Shown here one piece after another: positions 30,841 through 41,707 of a DNA stretch of 64,000 nucleotides. Position numbers and translations under genes: made by a program. The stretch is taken from positions 96,001 through 160,000 of the forward strand of contig CAWALK010000020.1 in assembly GCA_963782915.1 (NCBI GenBank). Direction: 5' to 3'. Position 1 is the first letter of the stretch. Each line of letters begins with the position of its first letter. The notes below the pieces were generated by a model. It was given only the letters and a program-made list of their open reading frames with translations. It did no database searches and was not told where the DNA came from. The DNA comes from an uncultured archaeon (lineage in GTDB: Archaea > Thermoproteota > Bathyarchaeia > Bathyarchaeales > Bathycorpusculaceae).

Positions 30841-32484
30841 CTATTCTCCTCCCATACCGCCAGGCATTCCGCCGCCTGGACCGCCTCTTGGAGCTTTGGC
30901 TGTTATGATGTCGTCTACACGCAGTATCATAGCGGCTGATTCGGCTGCTGATTTGATTGCTTGCTCTTTAACCACTATTGGTTCGACAACGCCGTTTTCA
31001 ATGCTGTTTTGCAGTTTGCCTGTGAATACGTTGATGCCCATGTATTTGCCGTCTTCTTTATCGTGCACTTGACGTAGCTCTATGAGTATGTCGATTGGTT
31101 CTAAGCCTCCGTTCTCTGCAAGGGTGCGTGGGATGACTTCTACTGCGTCTGCGAAAGCTTCTATTGCGAGTTGCTGTCTTCCGCCAACTTTGGTTGAGTA
31201 GTTGCGTAGTCCTTTTGCGATTTCGATTTCGATTGCTCCGCCGCCGGCAACGATTTTGTTGTTTTCTGTAACATCTGAAATTACGGATAATGCGTCGATG
31301 ATTACTCTTTCGGCTTCATCAACCATTCTTTCAAGCCCTGCACGAATGAGGATTGCAACTGAATGTGGGTCTTTGCATTTTTCGACGAAGATCATTTTGT
31401 CGTCGCCAATTTTGCGTTCCTCCACTAAGCCTGCAAAGCCCAAGTCCGAGGTTTTTAACTCGTTTAAGTTGGAGCTTATTCGTCCGCCTGTTGCTCTTGC
31501 GAGTTTTTCCATGTCTGACTCTTTGACGCGTCTAGCGGCTATTATGCCCTCTTGAGATAGGTAATGTTGAACCATATCGTCTATGCCCTTTTGGCAGAAG
31601 ACAATATCTGCGCCTGACGCTTTGATCTTAGTTACCATTTCTTTTAGTGACCTGTCTTCTTGGTCTAGGAAGGCTTTCATCTGGTTGGGTTCATGTATGC
31701 GGATTTCCGCGGTTATCTCAGTTTTTTCTGTTTCAAGCGCCATATCTAAAAGTGCGATTTTTGCGTTCTCTTTCTTTCTGGGCATGCCTGGATTGACGAT
31801 TTCTTTGTCTACAATTATACCTCTGATCAGTTGGGTTTCGATGAGGCTTTTTCCCGTTTTCTTTACCAGTTGAATGTTATCTATATCCGCTATAATCTTG
31901 TCCGCATGCTTCTCGGTTACCTGCTTTACCGCTTCTATGGCGATTTCTGCAAAGTGCTCTTTAGCACCACCCACCGCTTTGCTGCCCATGGATGTTAAAG
32001 CAACTTTCATCATCATTTTTTGATCGTCTACAGCGATTGGCACTGCGCTTTGCGCTATGATTTCCATTGCTTTTAGTGCTGCTTTGCGGTATCCTGCAAC
32101 GAGTATGATTGGGTGGATGTTTTGGGACAGGAGTTCTTCTGCTTTTTTGAGAAGTTCACTGGCTAGCACTACTGCGGTTGTGGTTCCGTCGCCGACCATG
32201 TCATCTTGGGTTTTGGCGATTTCAATCATCATTTTTGCCGCTGGATGTTCGACATCAATTTCTTTGAGGATTGTTGCTCCATCGTTGGTTATTGTTATGT
32301 CGCCTAAGCTGTCGATGAGCATTTTATCCATGCCTCTTGGGCCTAGAGTGGTTTTTAGTACTTCACCGATTACTCGGGCTGCTTGGATGTTGTTTTGTTG
32401 GGCTTCTTTTCCTCTGCTTCGAGAGGTTCCTTCTTTTAAGATGAGTACGGGTTGACCATTTCGGTCTTGCGTTAAATATGCCAT
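30841..32484 (-). CDS. ths: Thermosome (group II chaperonin) subunit
   Basis: TLGPRGMDKM, ITNDGATIL, GDGTTT and GGM-rich tail. Confidence 0.97.
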   Translation of the reverse strand: MAYLTQDRNGQPVLILKEGTSRSRGKEAQQNNIQAARVIGEVLKTTLGPRGMDKMLIDSLGDITITNDGATILKEIDVEHPAAKMMIEIAKTQDDMVGDGTTTAVVLASELLKKAEELLSQNIHPIILVAGYRKAALKAMEIIAQSAVPIAVDDQKMMMKVALTSMGSKAVGGAKEHFAEIAIEAVKQVTEKHADKIIADIDNIQLVKKTGKSLIETQLIRGIIVDKEIVNPGMPRKKENAKIALLDMALETEKTEITAEIRIHEPNQMKAFLDQEDRSLKEMVTKIKASGADIVFCQKGIDDMVQHYLSQEGIIAARRVKESDMEKLARATGGRISSNLNELKTSDLGFAGLVEERKIGDDKMIFVEKCKDPHSVAILIRAGLERMVDEAERVIIDALSVISDVTENNKIVAGGGAIEIEIAKGLRNYSTKVGGRQQLAIEAFADAVEVIPRTLAENGGLEPIDILIELRQVHDKEDGKYMGINVFTGKLQNSIENGVVEPIVVKEQAIKSAAESAAMILRVDDIITAKAPRGGPGGGMPGGMGGE

Positions 32485-32726
32485 GTTATTCTATCCTCAA
32501 TATTTTTCATTAATAATATTCTTTGCACAATTAAGAGTCATGCAAAATAAGGTGAATTTGATCAGTGAGAGCCGCGTTGACTTGGCTTATTGATTGTGCA
32601 AAACTGCTGACTTGTAATTTATATACTGTGAATCGGGGATTTAAACTCGTCACAATTTAGTCAAGGTTTCATCGTTGTGTTGGCTTTCTTGGTGAGAAGG
32701 GGAAGTTTTGGGAAGGCATATTTCAA

Positions 32727-32794
32727 AAAGCTAATGTCCGTTAGCTTTATATTTGTCTTTTACTTAATTACAATAAGCTAACAGCTGTTAGCTT
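32727..32794. promoter_or_regulatory. Two AAGCTAA-N6-TTAGCTT operators flanking the TATA box of tetR
   Basis: AAAGCTAATGTCCGTTAGCTTT (32727-32748), TTTATAT, and perfect 20-bp palindrome AAGCTAACAGCTGTTAGCTT (32775-32794). Confidence 0.8.
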
Positions 32795-32797
32795 TAG

Positions 32798-33466
32798 GTG
32801 ATGGATACGACACAAAAACGAAAAACAGGCAGACCAACAAAAATCCCAGGCCAAAAAGACACAGCACAGAGAATCTTCGATGAAGCAATAGACCTCTTCG
32901 CCCAAAAAGGATACGACAACGTATCAATAAGAGACATCGCCACAGCAGTCGGCATCAAAGAAAGCTCCATATACAAACACTACACAAACAAAGAAGCCAT
33001 CCTTCAAAAAATCATCCAGTACCCGCTGGCGAAAATGTACAACATCGCCCAACGCGAAGACACCACAGAACAATTAATCCAAAAAGAAGGCTTAGAAGGC
33101 TTCATCGCCGACACAGGCTCCGTCTTCGCAGGTTGGATGACTGACCCCAACACCACAAAAATCCTAAGAATCTTCTACATCGAATTATACCACAACGACG
33201 AAATCATGCAATCCTACACTGACCTAATCAGTGCAGGCGAAACCTTCTGGACCTTAGTATTCAGTCTCATGATTAAACAGGGGCTCATCAAACCCCAAGA
33301 CCCCCAAGTATTATCCTCAGAATTCTTAGCGTATTTCTGGAACGCATTCACCAACTACTTCCTCATACAGTACGGCAGAACATCATGCACTTTTATGCAG
33401 CTATACCAAGACTCCATCAACCGCCATGTAGGACATTTCTTGAAATCAATAGGTGAAGCAAAATGA
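32798..33466 (+). CDS. TetR/AcrR-family transcriptional regulator
   Basis: IFDEAIDLFAQKGY..VSIRDIATAVGIKESSIYKHYTNKE HTH. Confidence 0.95.
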   Translation: MMDTTQKRKTGRPTKIPGQKDTAQRIFDEAIDLFAQKGYDNVSIRDIATAVGIKESSIYKHYTNKEAILQKIIQYPLAKMYNIAQREDTTEQLIQKEGLEGFIADTGSVFAGWMTDPNTTKILRIFYIELYHNDEIMQSYTDLISAGETFWTLVFSLMIKQGLIKPQDPQVLSSEFLAYFWNAFTNYFLIQYGRTSCTFMQLYQDSINRHVGHFLKSIGEAK

Positions 33467-34077
33467 ATGCAAATTCAAATGTTAAAGTCTTAATTGTGTA
33501 TGGTACCCGTTATGGTGCCACCAAGACAACCTCTGAAGAAATCGGAAAGGTTCTTCAAGAAGCAAATTTTGAAGTAAAAGTTGTAAATGCAAAGGAAGAA
33601 AGAATCAAAGACATCTCAGAATACGGGTTAGTCGTTGTTGGCAGCGGTTTGGCGATGGGCGATTGGGCCAGTGAAGCAGAGGATTTTGTCAAGCGGTTCC
33701 ATAAAGATCTTGCAAATAAAAAGTTAGCGATTTTTATTTCCTCCCTAAAACCGGTTGAGGAAAAAGAGGGAAAAACAGCTCTTGTCGCTCGAATTCAAAA
33801 AATTGGGTTGGATGACAAAATCTTAAAGTACCAACTCAAACCCATATCGACTGCCGTATTCGGTGGAACTATAGATTATAACAAGATGAACTTTATTATC
33901 AAAAAAAGCATGGAAATCGGCTACAAGGCAGCGATTCAAAAACATGCCTTCAAAGAAACAGCACCAAATGTTTATGACTTGCGTGATTGGGGCGAAATCG
34001 ATGGGTGGGCAAGAGAAGTTGCAAAGAAGGCTAAAGAAAACGCAAGCAATGTAACCAATGGAGGCACTATGAGTTGA
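33463..34077 (+). CDS. Flavodoxin-domain protein (HemG-like)
   Basis: VYGTRYGAT FMN loop, AVFGG and DLRDWGEI motifs. Confidence 0.88.
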   Translation: MNANSNVKVLIVYGTRYGATKTTSEEIGKVLQEANFEVKVVNAKEERIKDISEYGLVVVGSGLAMGDWASEAEDFVKRFHKDLANKKLAIFISSLKPVEEKEGKTALVARIQKIGLDDKILKYQLKPISTAVFGGTIDYNKMNFIIKKSMEIGYKAAIQKHAFKETAPNVYDLRDWGEIDGWAREVAKKAKENASNVTNGGTMS

Positions 34078-34273
34078 AGCCGATTGTTTTGCTGGTTGAA
34101 TATAGCTGGACAAATAATATGGGGACGATAGCTTTGGGTGGACGCGTGAAAAAACAGTTAGGGGCATTTGTATCTTTTCTAAACGTTAGAGGATACACTC
34201 TAAATGTTAGGGCTATAGCGGGCAGTAACATCACTACTACTAAAGAGTAAAAAAAGAGGAGTATGGACATAGG

Positions 34274-35501
34274 TTGACTTCGCCTCGAATCTTACTTGTT
34301 GGCTACAACGGTGCAAACAACACAGGAGCGGAAGCCAAACTTCTAGTCATTATCGATGAGTTACGATCAATTCTTGGGTCAGAATCTTGCTTCACTATAC
34401 CCTCGTTAAACGAAGCTAACCTCAAAAGATACCTTCATGAGGCACCAAACCTAAAAATCACTCCAGTCAGACCCTCACTGTTTCCAGTTGATATTTACAA
34501 TCTTGTTAAACAAAACGATTTGATAGTGCTCGTAGAAGGAAGCACCTACATGGACACTTGGGGATCAGCACTCCTCTGGTACTACCTACTTGCCACAAGA
34601 TACGCGCATCAAATGAAAAAACCCTGCATCGGCTACTCTGTTGACGCTGGTAGAGCATCTCGGTTCAACAGTTGGTTAATCCGCCGTGAAGCAAGCAAAA
34701 CCAACCTAATAATGGCAAGAACCCAAAATGCTGCACAACGGCTCAAGAAATGGGGTGTAAAAGCACCCATTGAAGTTACAGCTGACAATGCTTTTGCATT
34801 TCGGCCAAAACCCGAAGACCACAATATCCTCAAACGTGTCTGGCCAGAAGCATCCCACATTGTCGGTATGGCAGCTGAAGACATCTACATTTGGCCTGTC
34901 CAAATTAGGCTCTGGGACCAAAAAAAGTACTGTTACCGATGGCCCTACTATTACCAGCACTCAAAGGAATGCACTGAAAAAAGCGAGTTACTAATAGACG
35001 TTTTAGCTGTTCAAGCCGACGAGATAGTCGAAAAATACGATAAAGACGTGGCTCTGTTAAGCATGGAAGGCTTAGACACAGCATTCACAACCCGAATCCA
35101 ACAGCACATGAAGCATGCGGATAGAACAAAAGTTTTCAGCTCAACCCAATACAATGCTTCACAAATGACAAGTGTTCTAAGAAGCCTCGATTTACTAATC
35201 ACATCACGGTACCATGCGGGAGTTCTATCTTTACCCCACTTGGTTCCCCAAACAGGCATCGGTCACGATCTGCGCATTCAAGACCTCTACACAGACTTAG
35301 GCACACCCGAACTATTCGTGGACCACGAAGACCCTGACAGATACAAAAAATTAAGTGACAATGTAGAAACTCTCTTCAACCAAGCCAGCACCTTAAGAAG
35401 CAAGCTCCGAAAAGGCTACCAAGAATATGCGGTTCGGGAAAAAAGAAACTCCCAACTGTTCAGAGCTTTATCTGGAAGCTAACTATCCGGAGTGGCTGTA
35501 A
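34274..35501 (+). CDS. Polysaccharide pyruvyl transferase family protein (WcaK/CsaB-like; terminal frameshift)
   Basis: GYNGANNTGAEA, TADNAF and ITSRYHAGV motifs; alternative frame ends YPEWL-TAA overlapping the next ATG. Confidence 0.8.
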
Positions 35502-38300
35502 TGAAAACCATATTTCTAACGGGTGCGAACGGCTTCATCGCTACTCATATCGCCCGAAACCTCCTCGCTGAGGAAGAAGTTACTGTTTTTGCTCTTGTTA
35601 GAGCCAACGATGCAGCAAGTGCTCAAGCAAAGTTGGCGCGTGAATGGTGGGATTATCCTGAACTGATTGCTGCTTTGGGAACAAGAATTCAAGCAATCGC
35701 AGGAGATGTTCGTCAACCAAACCTTGGGTTAAGCCAAGCAGAATACAGCAGTCTCGCCTGGAAAACAACCCATATTATCCATACAGCGGCTGACTGGCGA
35801 CTTCTGCCGCTTGATGAACTCAGAAAAACAAACGTTGGAGGAACAGCTAACGTAATCGCTTTCGCCAAAGAAGTAAACCGTAATCATCGGTTAGAACGGT
35901 TGTCGCATATTTCCACCTGCTACGTTGCAGGAGGCGCAACCGGAACCATACCAGAAGACCAACTGACCGATCAATATGGGTTTTTTACCGATTATGAACG
36001 CAGCAAGTACGAAGGAGAACAGCTAATACAAGCCGCCAAAACAGAGTTGCCAATATCGGTTTTTCGGCCTTCAATGGTTGTAGGCGACTCCAAAACGGGC
36101 GCAATCAAAACCTTCAACACCTTCTATTTCCCCTTGCGCCTTTACTTGACAGGCAAAATGCACTTTATGCCTGTCAGCCGTTCACTGCGAATCAATATGG
36201 TTCCCGTTGATTATGTCGCCAAAGCTGTGTCGGAGCTGACTTTTGAGCCGGGTGCGGAAGGAAAGATTTTCCATGTGGTGGCTCCTTATGAGTCGCTGCC
36301 ACAACTGGGGGAATTAATGGCTTATGTGCAGAAATGGGCAAAAACCGAATTAGCTTGTAAACTGCCCAGCCCCATTTACATGTCCATGTCTGCTTCTTCA
36401 ATGAAGACCCTGCTTAAGCTCCAGCGATCATTCACTGGAGACCGCCGAGTCTCAGACGCACTTATCTCGCTATCGCCATACTTTAGCGAAAACCGCCAAT
36501 TAGACCGAGACAACCTCGACAGTCTTCTTGGTTCTTACGATTTTAAATGGCAAGAAATAATGCCAAAACTGCTCGAATACGCGGTTTACAACAGTTTCTT
36601 CCACCGCTCAGACCGCACAGTCCATGAGCAAGTCATGTTCCGTTTAGAAAGCAAACGTCACACCGTCACCTACTTCGACGTAATCGAGGGTAAAATCGTG
36701 AAGAAAACCGCCCAAGAGATGCACAAGGATATTTTGGCTGCAACCAGTGCCCTGAAAAGTTACGGAGTAGCTCAAGGCGACCGTGTAGCGTTAACGGGTT
36801 TGAACAGCACCAGATACTTAGCCGTTGACATAGCTATCGGACTCGCAGGCGCCATCAGCGTTCCACTCTACTATACAACGCCACCTTCGGACATTAATGA
36901 GGTTTTGAAGGCAAGCGACGCCAAACTCTTCTTTGTGGGCATGCCCAGCCTTATGGCACGCCTTAAAGAACTGACTCCTGATGTGCCAGTTGTCTCTATC
37001 TGCCGAGTTCAAACTCCCACAGACGCAGGGAGAAACGTTACTTCTTGGGCTGAATTCCTCTCAAAAGGCAAAGACAGCGATATGAGCATAAAGGCTCCTG
37101 TTGGTTTCGCAGACACCGCAACATTGCGATATTCTTCAGGTACAACAGGCAAACCCAAAGGAGTCGTCTTCAGACATGACAACCTCCGCTACATGGCTGA
37201 ATCAATAGTATCCATAACCCCCTGGAAAGCAAGAAACCGTCCCTGCAGTTACCTCTCTTTTCTGCCAATGGGCCATGTAGTCGAAGGTATCCTTGCGACT
37301 TATTCGCCGTATTATATTCCGGCGCCAATCACGATTTACTTCTTGGAAGACTTCAGAAAACTGCAAGATGAACTGCCGCAGTGTTAAACCGACTATCTTC
37401 TTTGCGGTTCCTCGTGTCTACGAAAAAGTTTGGGAAGCTTTGGAGAAGAATTCGTTTGGGCGATTCTACCTAAAAACCAAAAGCAGCTTAGTTAAGCGGG
37501 CGATGCGAAGAACAATCAAAAACATAACTCTCAAAAAAGCAGGCTTAAACAAATGCGCCCAACTCATAGCCGGCTCAGCAAGTAGCGACGATACCCTGTT
37601 GGAAAATTACCGTGCACTCGGCGTCGAAATCCATAACGCTTACGGAATGACGGAAGCGCCCTTGGTAACGTTGAATCGGCTGGGAAGAAACAGAATAGGC
37701 ACTGTCGGTGAACCTATGCCTTTCACGCAAATTAAAACCGCAGAAGACGGCGAAATAATGGTTAAGGGTCCACAAGTAACCGTTGGCTACTTTGACAGGT
37801 CACTTGAACCGCCCTTTAAAGACGGCTGGTTAATGACCGGCGACACAGGCAAAATCACAGAGGAAGGCAGCCTCGTAATCTTTGGACGCAAAAAAGAATT
37901 AATCAAAACCTCCTATGGCAAATGCATCTACTCAGGAAAAATCGAGTGCATGATACGAGAATTGCCCGAAGTGACTGAATCAATGCTTGTGGGCGAATCC
38001 AAACCTTACTGCTCCGCCATTGCTTGGGTAGACAAAAAACACTACAACCAAACAACCCTCACAGCCATAGATCAAGCTATGGAAGAAATGAATAAGCACC
38101 TCTCGAATCCCGAAAAAATCAAGCGCTGGGCAGTACTTCCCAACAACTTGAGCATAGAAAACGGCGAATTAACACCTAACCTCAAACTCAAACGCAACTT
38201 CATATCCCAAAAATACACAAAAATCATCGATTCCCTCTACACAGGAGTTGCCCCTGAAGGCGAAGTGCATATTGGCGGAGTCGAGAAACCCGGTGAATAA
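35501..38300 (+). CDS. Fusion of extended SDR acyl-thioester reductase (NAD_binding_4) and long-chain acyl-CoA ligase (AMP-binding); frameshift ~37380
   Basis: IFLTGANGFI, YERSK and RPSMVVG in N-half; YSSGTTGKPKG, AYGMTE, TGD, GRKKEL and LTPNLKLKR in C-half. Confidence 0.88.
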
Positions 38301-38302
38301 GC

Positions 38303-38893
38303 ATGGGATTTAGGCTTCTCTTTCTGTATTGGTGGACTCCTAACTACCTCATTAAAAGGGAACTCAGAAACGTCTCCAGCCAAACCACGGAAGCACTCAA
38401 AAAATTAATCGCTTCATATGCGCCTCGAGAAGTCGCCGCTACAGAACAACCCTTTCCAACAAGCCTCAGCGAGCAGAGAGCAATGATGGCTCAAACACAC
38501 GCAAAACTAGTCCAAGCATTAGTAGCCGCTGTTGGTCACGAGAAAGCGGTGACACTGGGCAGGGAATCCTTGTTCGCCGTTGGAGTAAACTTAGGCAAAC
38601 AAACCCGTAGCAAACTGGGAGTAAACGATAACCCAAAAGACCTTGTTCGGGCAGCTAAAATTCTCTATCGCATCTTAGGCATAGAGTTCAATTTGGAATG
38701 GCTTGATAGTTCAAACGCAGTAGCAATCATTAACCACTGCGCTCTAGCAGAGCAATATAGCAAGTTAACGTGTGAAGTCCTAAGCGCCACCGATGAAGGC
38801 GTCATAAAGGGATTGCAGCCAAACGTAACTATGCATTTCAAAGAGTACATGACAAGTGGCTGCCAGAAATTGCAGGGCAAACATTCACTTTAA
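38303..38893 (+). CDS. ATC-hydrolase/V4R-like ligand-binding protein
   Basis: Helical N-half then HCAL...CEVLSATDEG..GL.P..M..GC pattern. Confidence 0.6.
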   Translation: MGFRLLFLYWWTPNYLIKRELRNVSSQTTEALKKLIASYAPREVAATEQPFPTSLSEQRAMMAQTHAKLVQALVAAVGHEKAVTLGRESLFAVGVNLGKQTRSKLGVNDNPKDLVRAAKILYRILGIEFNLEWLDSSNAVAIINHCALAEQYSKLTCEVLSATDEGVIKGLQPNVTMHFKEYMTSGCQKLQGKHSL

Positions 38894-38911
38894 TCAAAAG
38901 GGGAATTTGGC

Positions 38912-40196
38912 ATGAAAGCAATCGTTGTTGGGTCTGGGGCTGGCGGTGCAGTGGCAGCCCGCGAATTAGCAAAAAACGGCTATGAAGTAACCATCTTAGA
39001 AGCAGGCAAACCATTCAATCCATTAACGCATAAGGTTTCGTGGCTTAGTTCACTGAGGGGTTCATGTCTTCTAAAAGACGAAAACTCGATTAAACGTGTC
39101 TTTCCCCATTATGCTGTCTCCCGTGCAAGCGAAGACTTAGCCATTTTTAGGGGCGTTACAGAAGGCGGCTGCACCTCAATCGCCTGCGGTAACATGGTAA
39201 GAGCCGAAAACGGATTGAAAGAAATCGGGTTGGACTTGTCCAGAGAGTTTGAGGAAATCGAGAAAACCCTAACAATAACGCCTATCCCCCGTGAGAAGTG
39301 GCGTCCTTTGACTCAGCAAATGTATGATAAAGCCCAACATGTTGGGATATGCCCCGAAGCCGACGCCAAAGGTTGATGACTTAAGTCGATGCATCGGTTG
39401 CGGCTACTGCGAATTAGGCTGCATAACAGGTGCAAAATGGGACAGCCGACGCATCTACAAAGACTATTTGGGCAAAGGCATCACGCTATTAACAAATACA
39501 GCTGTGGAAAGGGTGCTCTTGGATGGCAACCGTGCAACTGGCGTGCAGGTTTCTCATGGGTTATCAACTGAGAAAATCAACGCAGATGTAGTGGTTTTAT
39601 CCGCTGGGGGCATCGGTTCAGCCCAAATTCTGCGGTCCTCAAATTTGCCTGTTCAAGACAAGTTGTGGGTTGACATTGTCCTCACAGTGGGTGGCATCTC
39701 TAAGGGTTCCAAAATGCTCAATGAGCCGCCTATGGCTTGGTTCATAAAAGAAGACAACTATATCCTGTCACCATACTTTGACTTGCTATCTTACTGGTTC
39801 CATAAGCCCTGGAAGGACGTGTCAGCTGAGGATCGGGTGGGTATGATGATTAAGCTTGCAGATGTTGAGCAGGGTTCTGTTGCTGCTGATGGAACTGTCA
39901 CAAAAGCGCTCACTGAACTCGATAGAAAACGTTTGGAAGATGCTAAATTGAAAGCCAAAGAAATCATGGAAGCCTCAGGCGTAACTGGACCGTTTGTGGA
40001 TGGTATGGTTCATGGCGGTCACCTCGGAGGAACAGTTCCGCTTACAAGTGGCGATGTGGAAACAATGCATCCGTCTATCTTACCCGAGAACCTGTGGGTT
40101 GCTGATTTGTCGCTTATGCCGCGTTCACAGGGTTTGCCGACTATGCTAACGGCGATGGCTCTATCCTTAAAGGTTGCAAGGCGCATCACTGGGTAG
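38912..40196 (+). CDS. GMC-family FAD oxidoreductase with CxxCxxCxxGC cluster (frameshift ~39340)
   Basis: VGSGAGG...LEAG, CIGCGYCELGC..GAKW, LSAGGIGS, GHLGGT and ADLSLMP motifs. Confidence 0.88.
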
Positions 40197-40209
40197 AGGG
40201 GAAAATGAT

Positions 40210-40665
40210 TTGGCTCGGATCGAAAAAAGGGAATATTCGATTTATCAGTTGCTTTTCGGTAACTTGGCGGTATTGGTTTGGATCTTGTTGGGGGCGGCTT
40301 CATGTTGGCTGTTTTCGCCTTTTGCCGCTTTAGGTTTTGTGGCATTAGCGTCTTTCATGGTCTTCTACAAATTGGGCAAAAAGGGCTGCGTGAACTGTTT
40401 CTGGTGCAAAACCTGCACAATCGGCATGGGCAAACTACCCTACCTCTTCTACACCAAAACCCCCATTGAAGACTTGAACATAAACCGAAAAGCCCTCAAA
40501 CTCTTCCCCTACGTTTACCTCTTGCTGGGTGTGGTCCCGATTGCCATTACTGCGGTTTTTGTTGTTCAGAGTTTTTCGGTTTACAGTGCTGTTCTATTGG
40601 CTGTTTTGGTTGCTTTGGCTATTTTCACTGGTTCAATTAGAAGAAAAATCTTGATGGGTCAATGA
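40210..40665 (+). CDS. Four-TM membrane protein with CxxCxxCxxC loop
   Basis: Hydrophobic segments flanking GCVNCFWCKTCTIGMG. Confidence 0.7.
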   Translation: MARIEKREYSIYQLLFGNLAVLVWILLGAASCWLFSPFAALGFVALASFMVFYKLGKKGCVNCFWCKTCTIGMGKLPYLFYTKTPIEDLNINRKALKLFPYVYLLLGVVPIAITAVFVVQSFSVYSAVLLAVLVALAIFTGSIRRKILMGQ

Positions 40666-40690
40666 GAAGTTAACCGACCAGTTTTTCTAC

Positions 40691-40810
40691 AGTGTGTTGT
40701 TGGTGAAAACCCCCTATACACAACAACAACCAACAGAGTCTGGTGGCAGCTGTGTTTTAGCATCTGCGTCTGTATGGAGTTGCTGGCTGGTTGTGGCGTA
40801 TTCCGCAAGC
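40691..40810 (+). repeat. Dispersed repeat family A, copy 2
   Basis: First ~45 nt nearly identical to the 14238 copy, remainder colinear. Confidence 0.85.
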
Positions 40811-40872
40811 GTAACCAGCGCATCCAATAGAAGACCACAAAAGCACCAACACAAATACCTACATAGATAACA

Positions 40873-41511
40873 ATGACCGAATTCAGCGAAGTCAAAGATA
40901 CCAACACCCAGGAATTCAACGCGGCAATGAACATCTACTCAGAGTCATTCCCAGCCACAGAAAGACAAAGCACCGATACCATAAAGGAAAGGGTCGGCAA
41001 CGGCAAAGAAAAACTTTTCATCCAAACCGTAGAGGGCACGGTTGCTTTGATGGCGCTCCTCTATCCGCTGGAGGGTACAGAGTTCGTTCTGCTCGATTAT
41101 ATGGCTGTCAAAGAAGAATACCGCAATAGCGGCATAGGATCAGAATTGCTTCAAAACATTTACAGTATCACTGGCTGGAAGAACAAGCTTTTCATCGTCG
41201 AAGTGGAAGACCCCAAGAATGGTACTGACCAAGAACAAGCAACAAAGCAGCGAAGGGTCTACTTTTACCGTAAAAACGGCGCCAAAATCTTAAAACATAT
41301 GCAATATTTGTTGCCGCCTCTGCAGGGAAACAGCCCTATCGCCATGACTTTGTTGGTTATTTCGCAGAACAAGCGTTTAGTTTGGCTGTCGGGAGAAGCC
41401 ATCAAGGATGTTATAGTGAAAATCTATGAAGATCTCTACTGCCGAGACGTTGATGACCGATTACTGTCTTCATTTATAGACAGTATCCCAGAGCGGGTAA
41501 CGCTTCAATAA
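40873..41511 (+). CDS. GNAT-family acetyltransferase
   Basis: LDYMAVKEEYRNSGIGS acetyl-CoA motif; RRVYFYRKNG. Confidence 0.9.
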   Translation: MTEFSEVKDTNTQEFNAAMNIYSESFPATERQSTDTIKERVGNGKEKLFIQTVEGTVALMALLYPLEGTEFVLLDYMAVKEEYRNSGIGSELLQNIYSITGWKNKLFIVEVEDPKNGTDQEQATKQRRVYFYRKNGAKILKHMQYLLPPLQGNSPIAMTLLVISQNKRLVWLSGEAIKDVIVKIYEDLYCRDVDDRLLSSFIDSIPERVTLQ

Positions 41512-41532
41512 TTTAGTAATGGGGTATGTACT

Positions 41533-41644
41533 GTTTGCTCTACTACCTGCCTCAGAGGTACCTCCCCCTCCCTTATTTAAAGGATAAATAGAGTAGGCTG
41601 CTGTTGCTCTACCTTGACCCCCCTCCCCTTATAAAAAGCAGCCA
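41533..41644 (+). repeat. Dispersed repeat family B, tandem copies 4 and 5
   Basis: gaggtacctccccctcccttatttaaagg and tgttgctctaccttgaccccccctcccc-like core followed by ttataaaaagcagcca. Confidence 0.75.
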
Positions 41645-41707
41645 CAAACAACACAACCTCCAGATTTCGCTACTTAGTTTTTATGCCAAAACACCAATAC
41701 ACTATCT

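Noticed and set aside
30841-32484. Genome-wide TAG-to-pyrrolysine recoding
   Set aside because: Thermosome and several other genes end at TAG where their natural C-termini are expected; no pyl genes in the window
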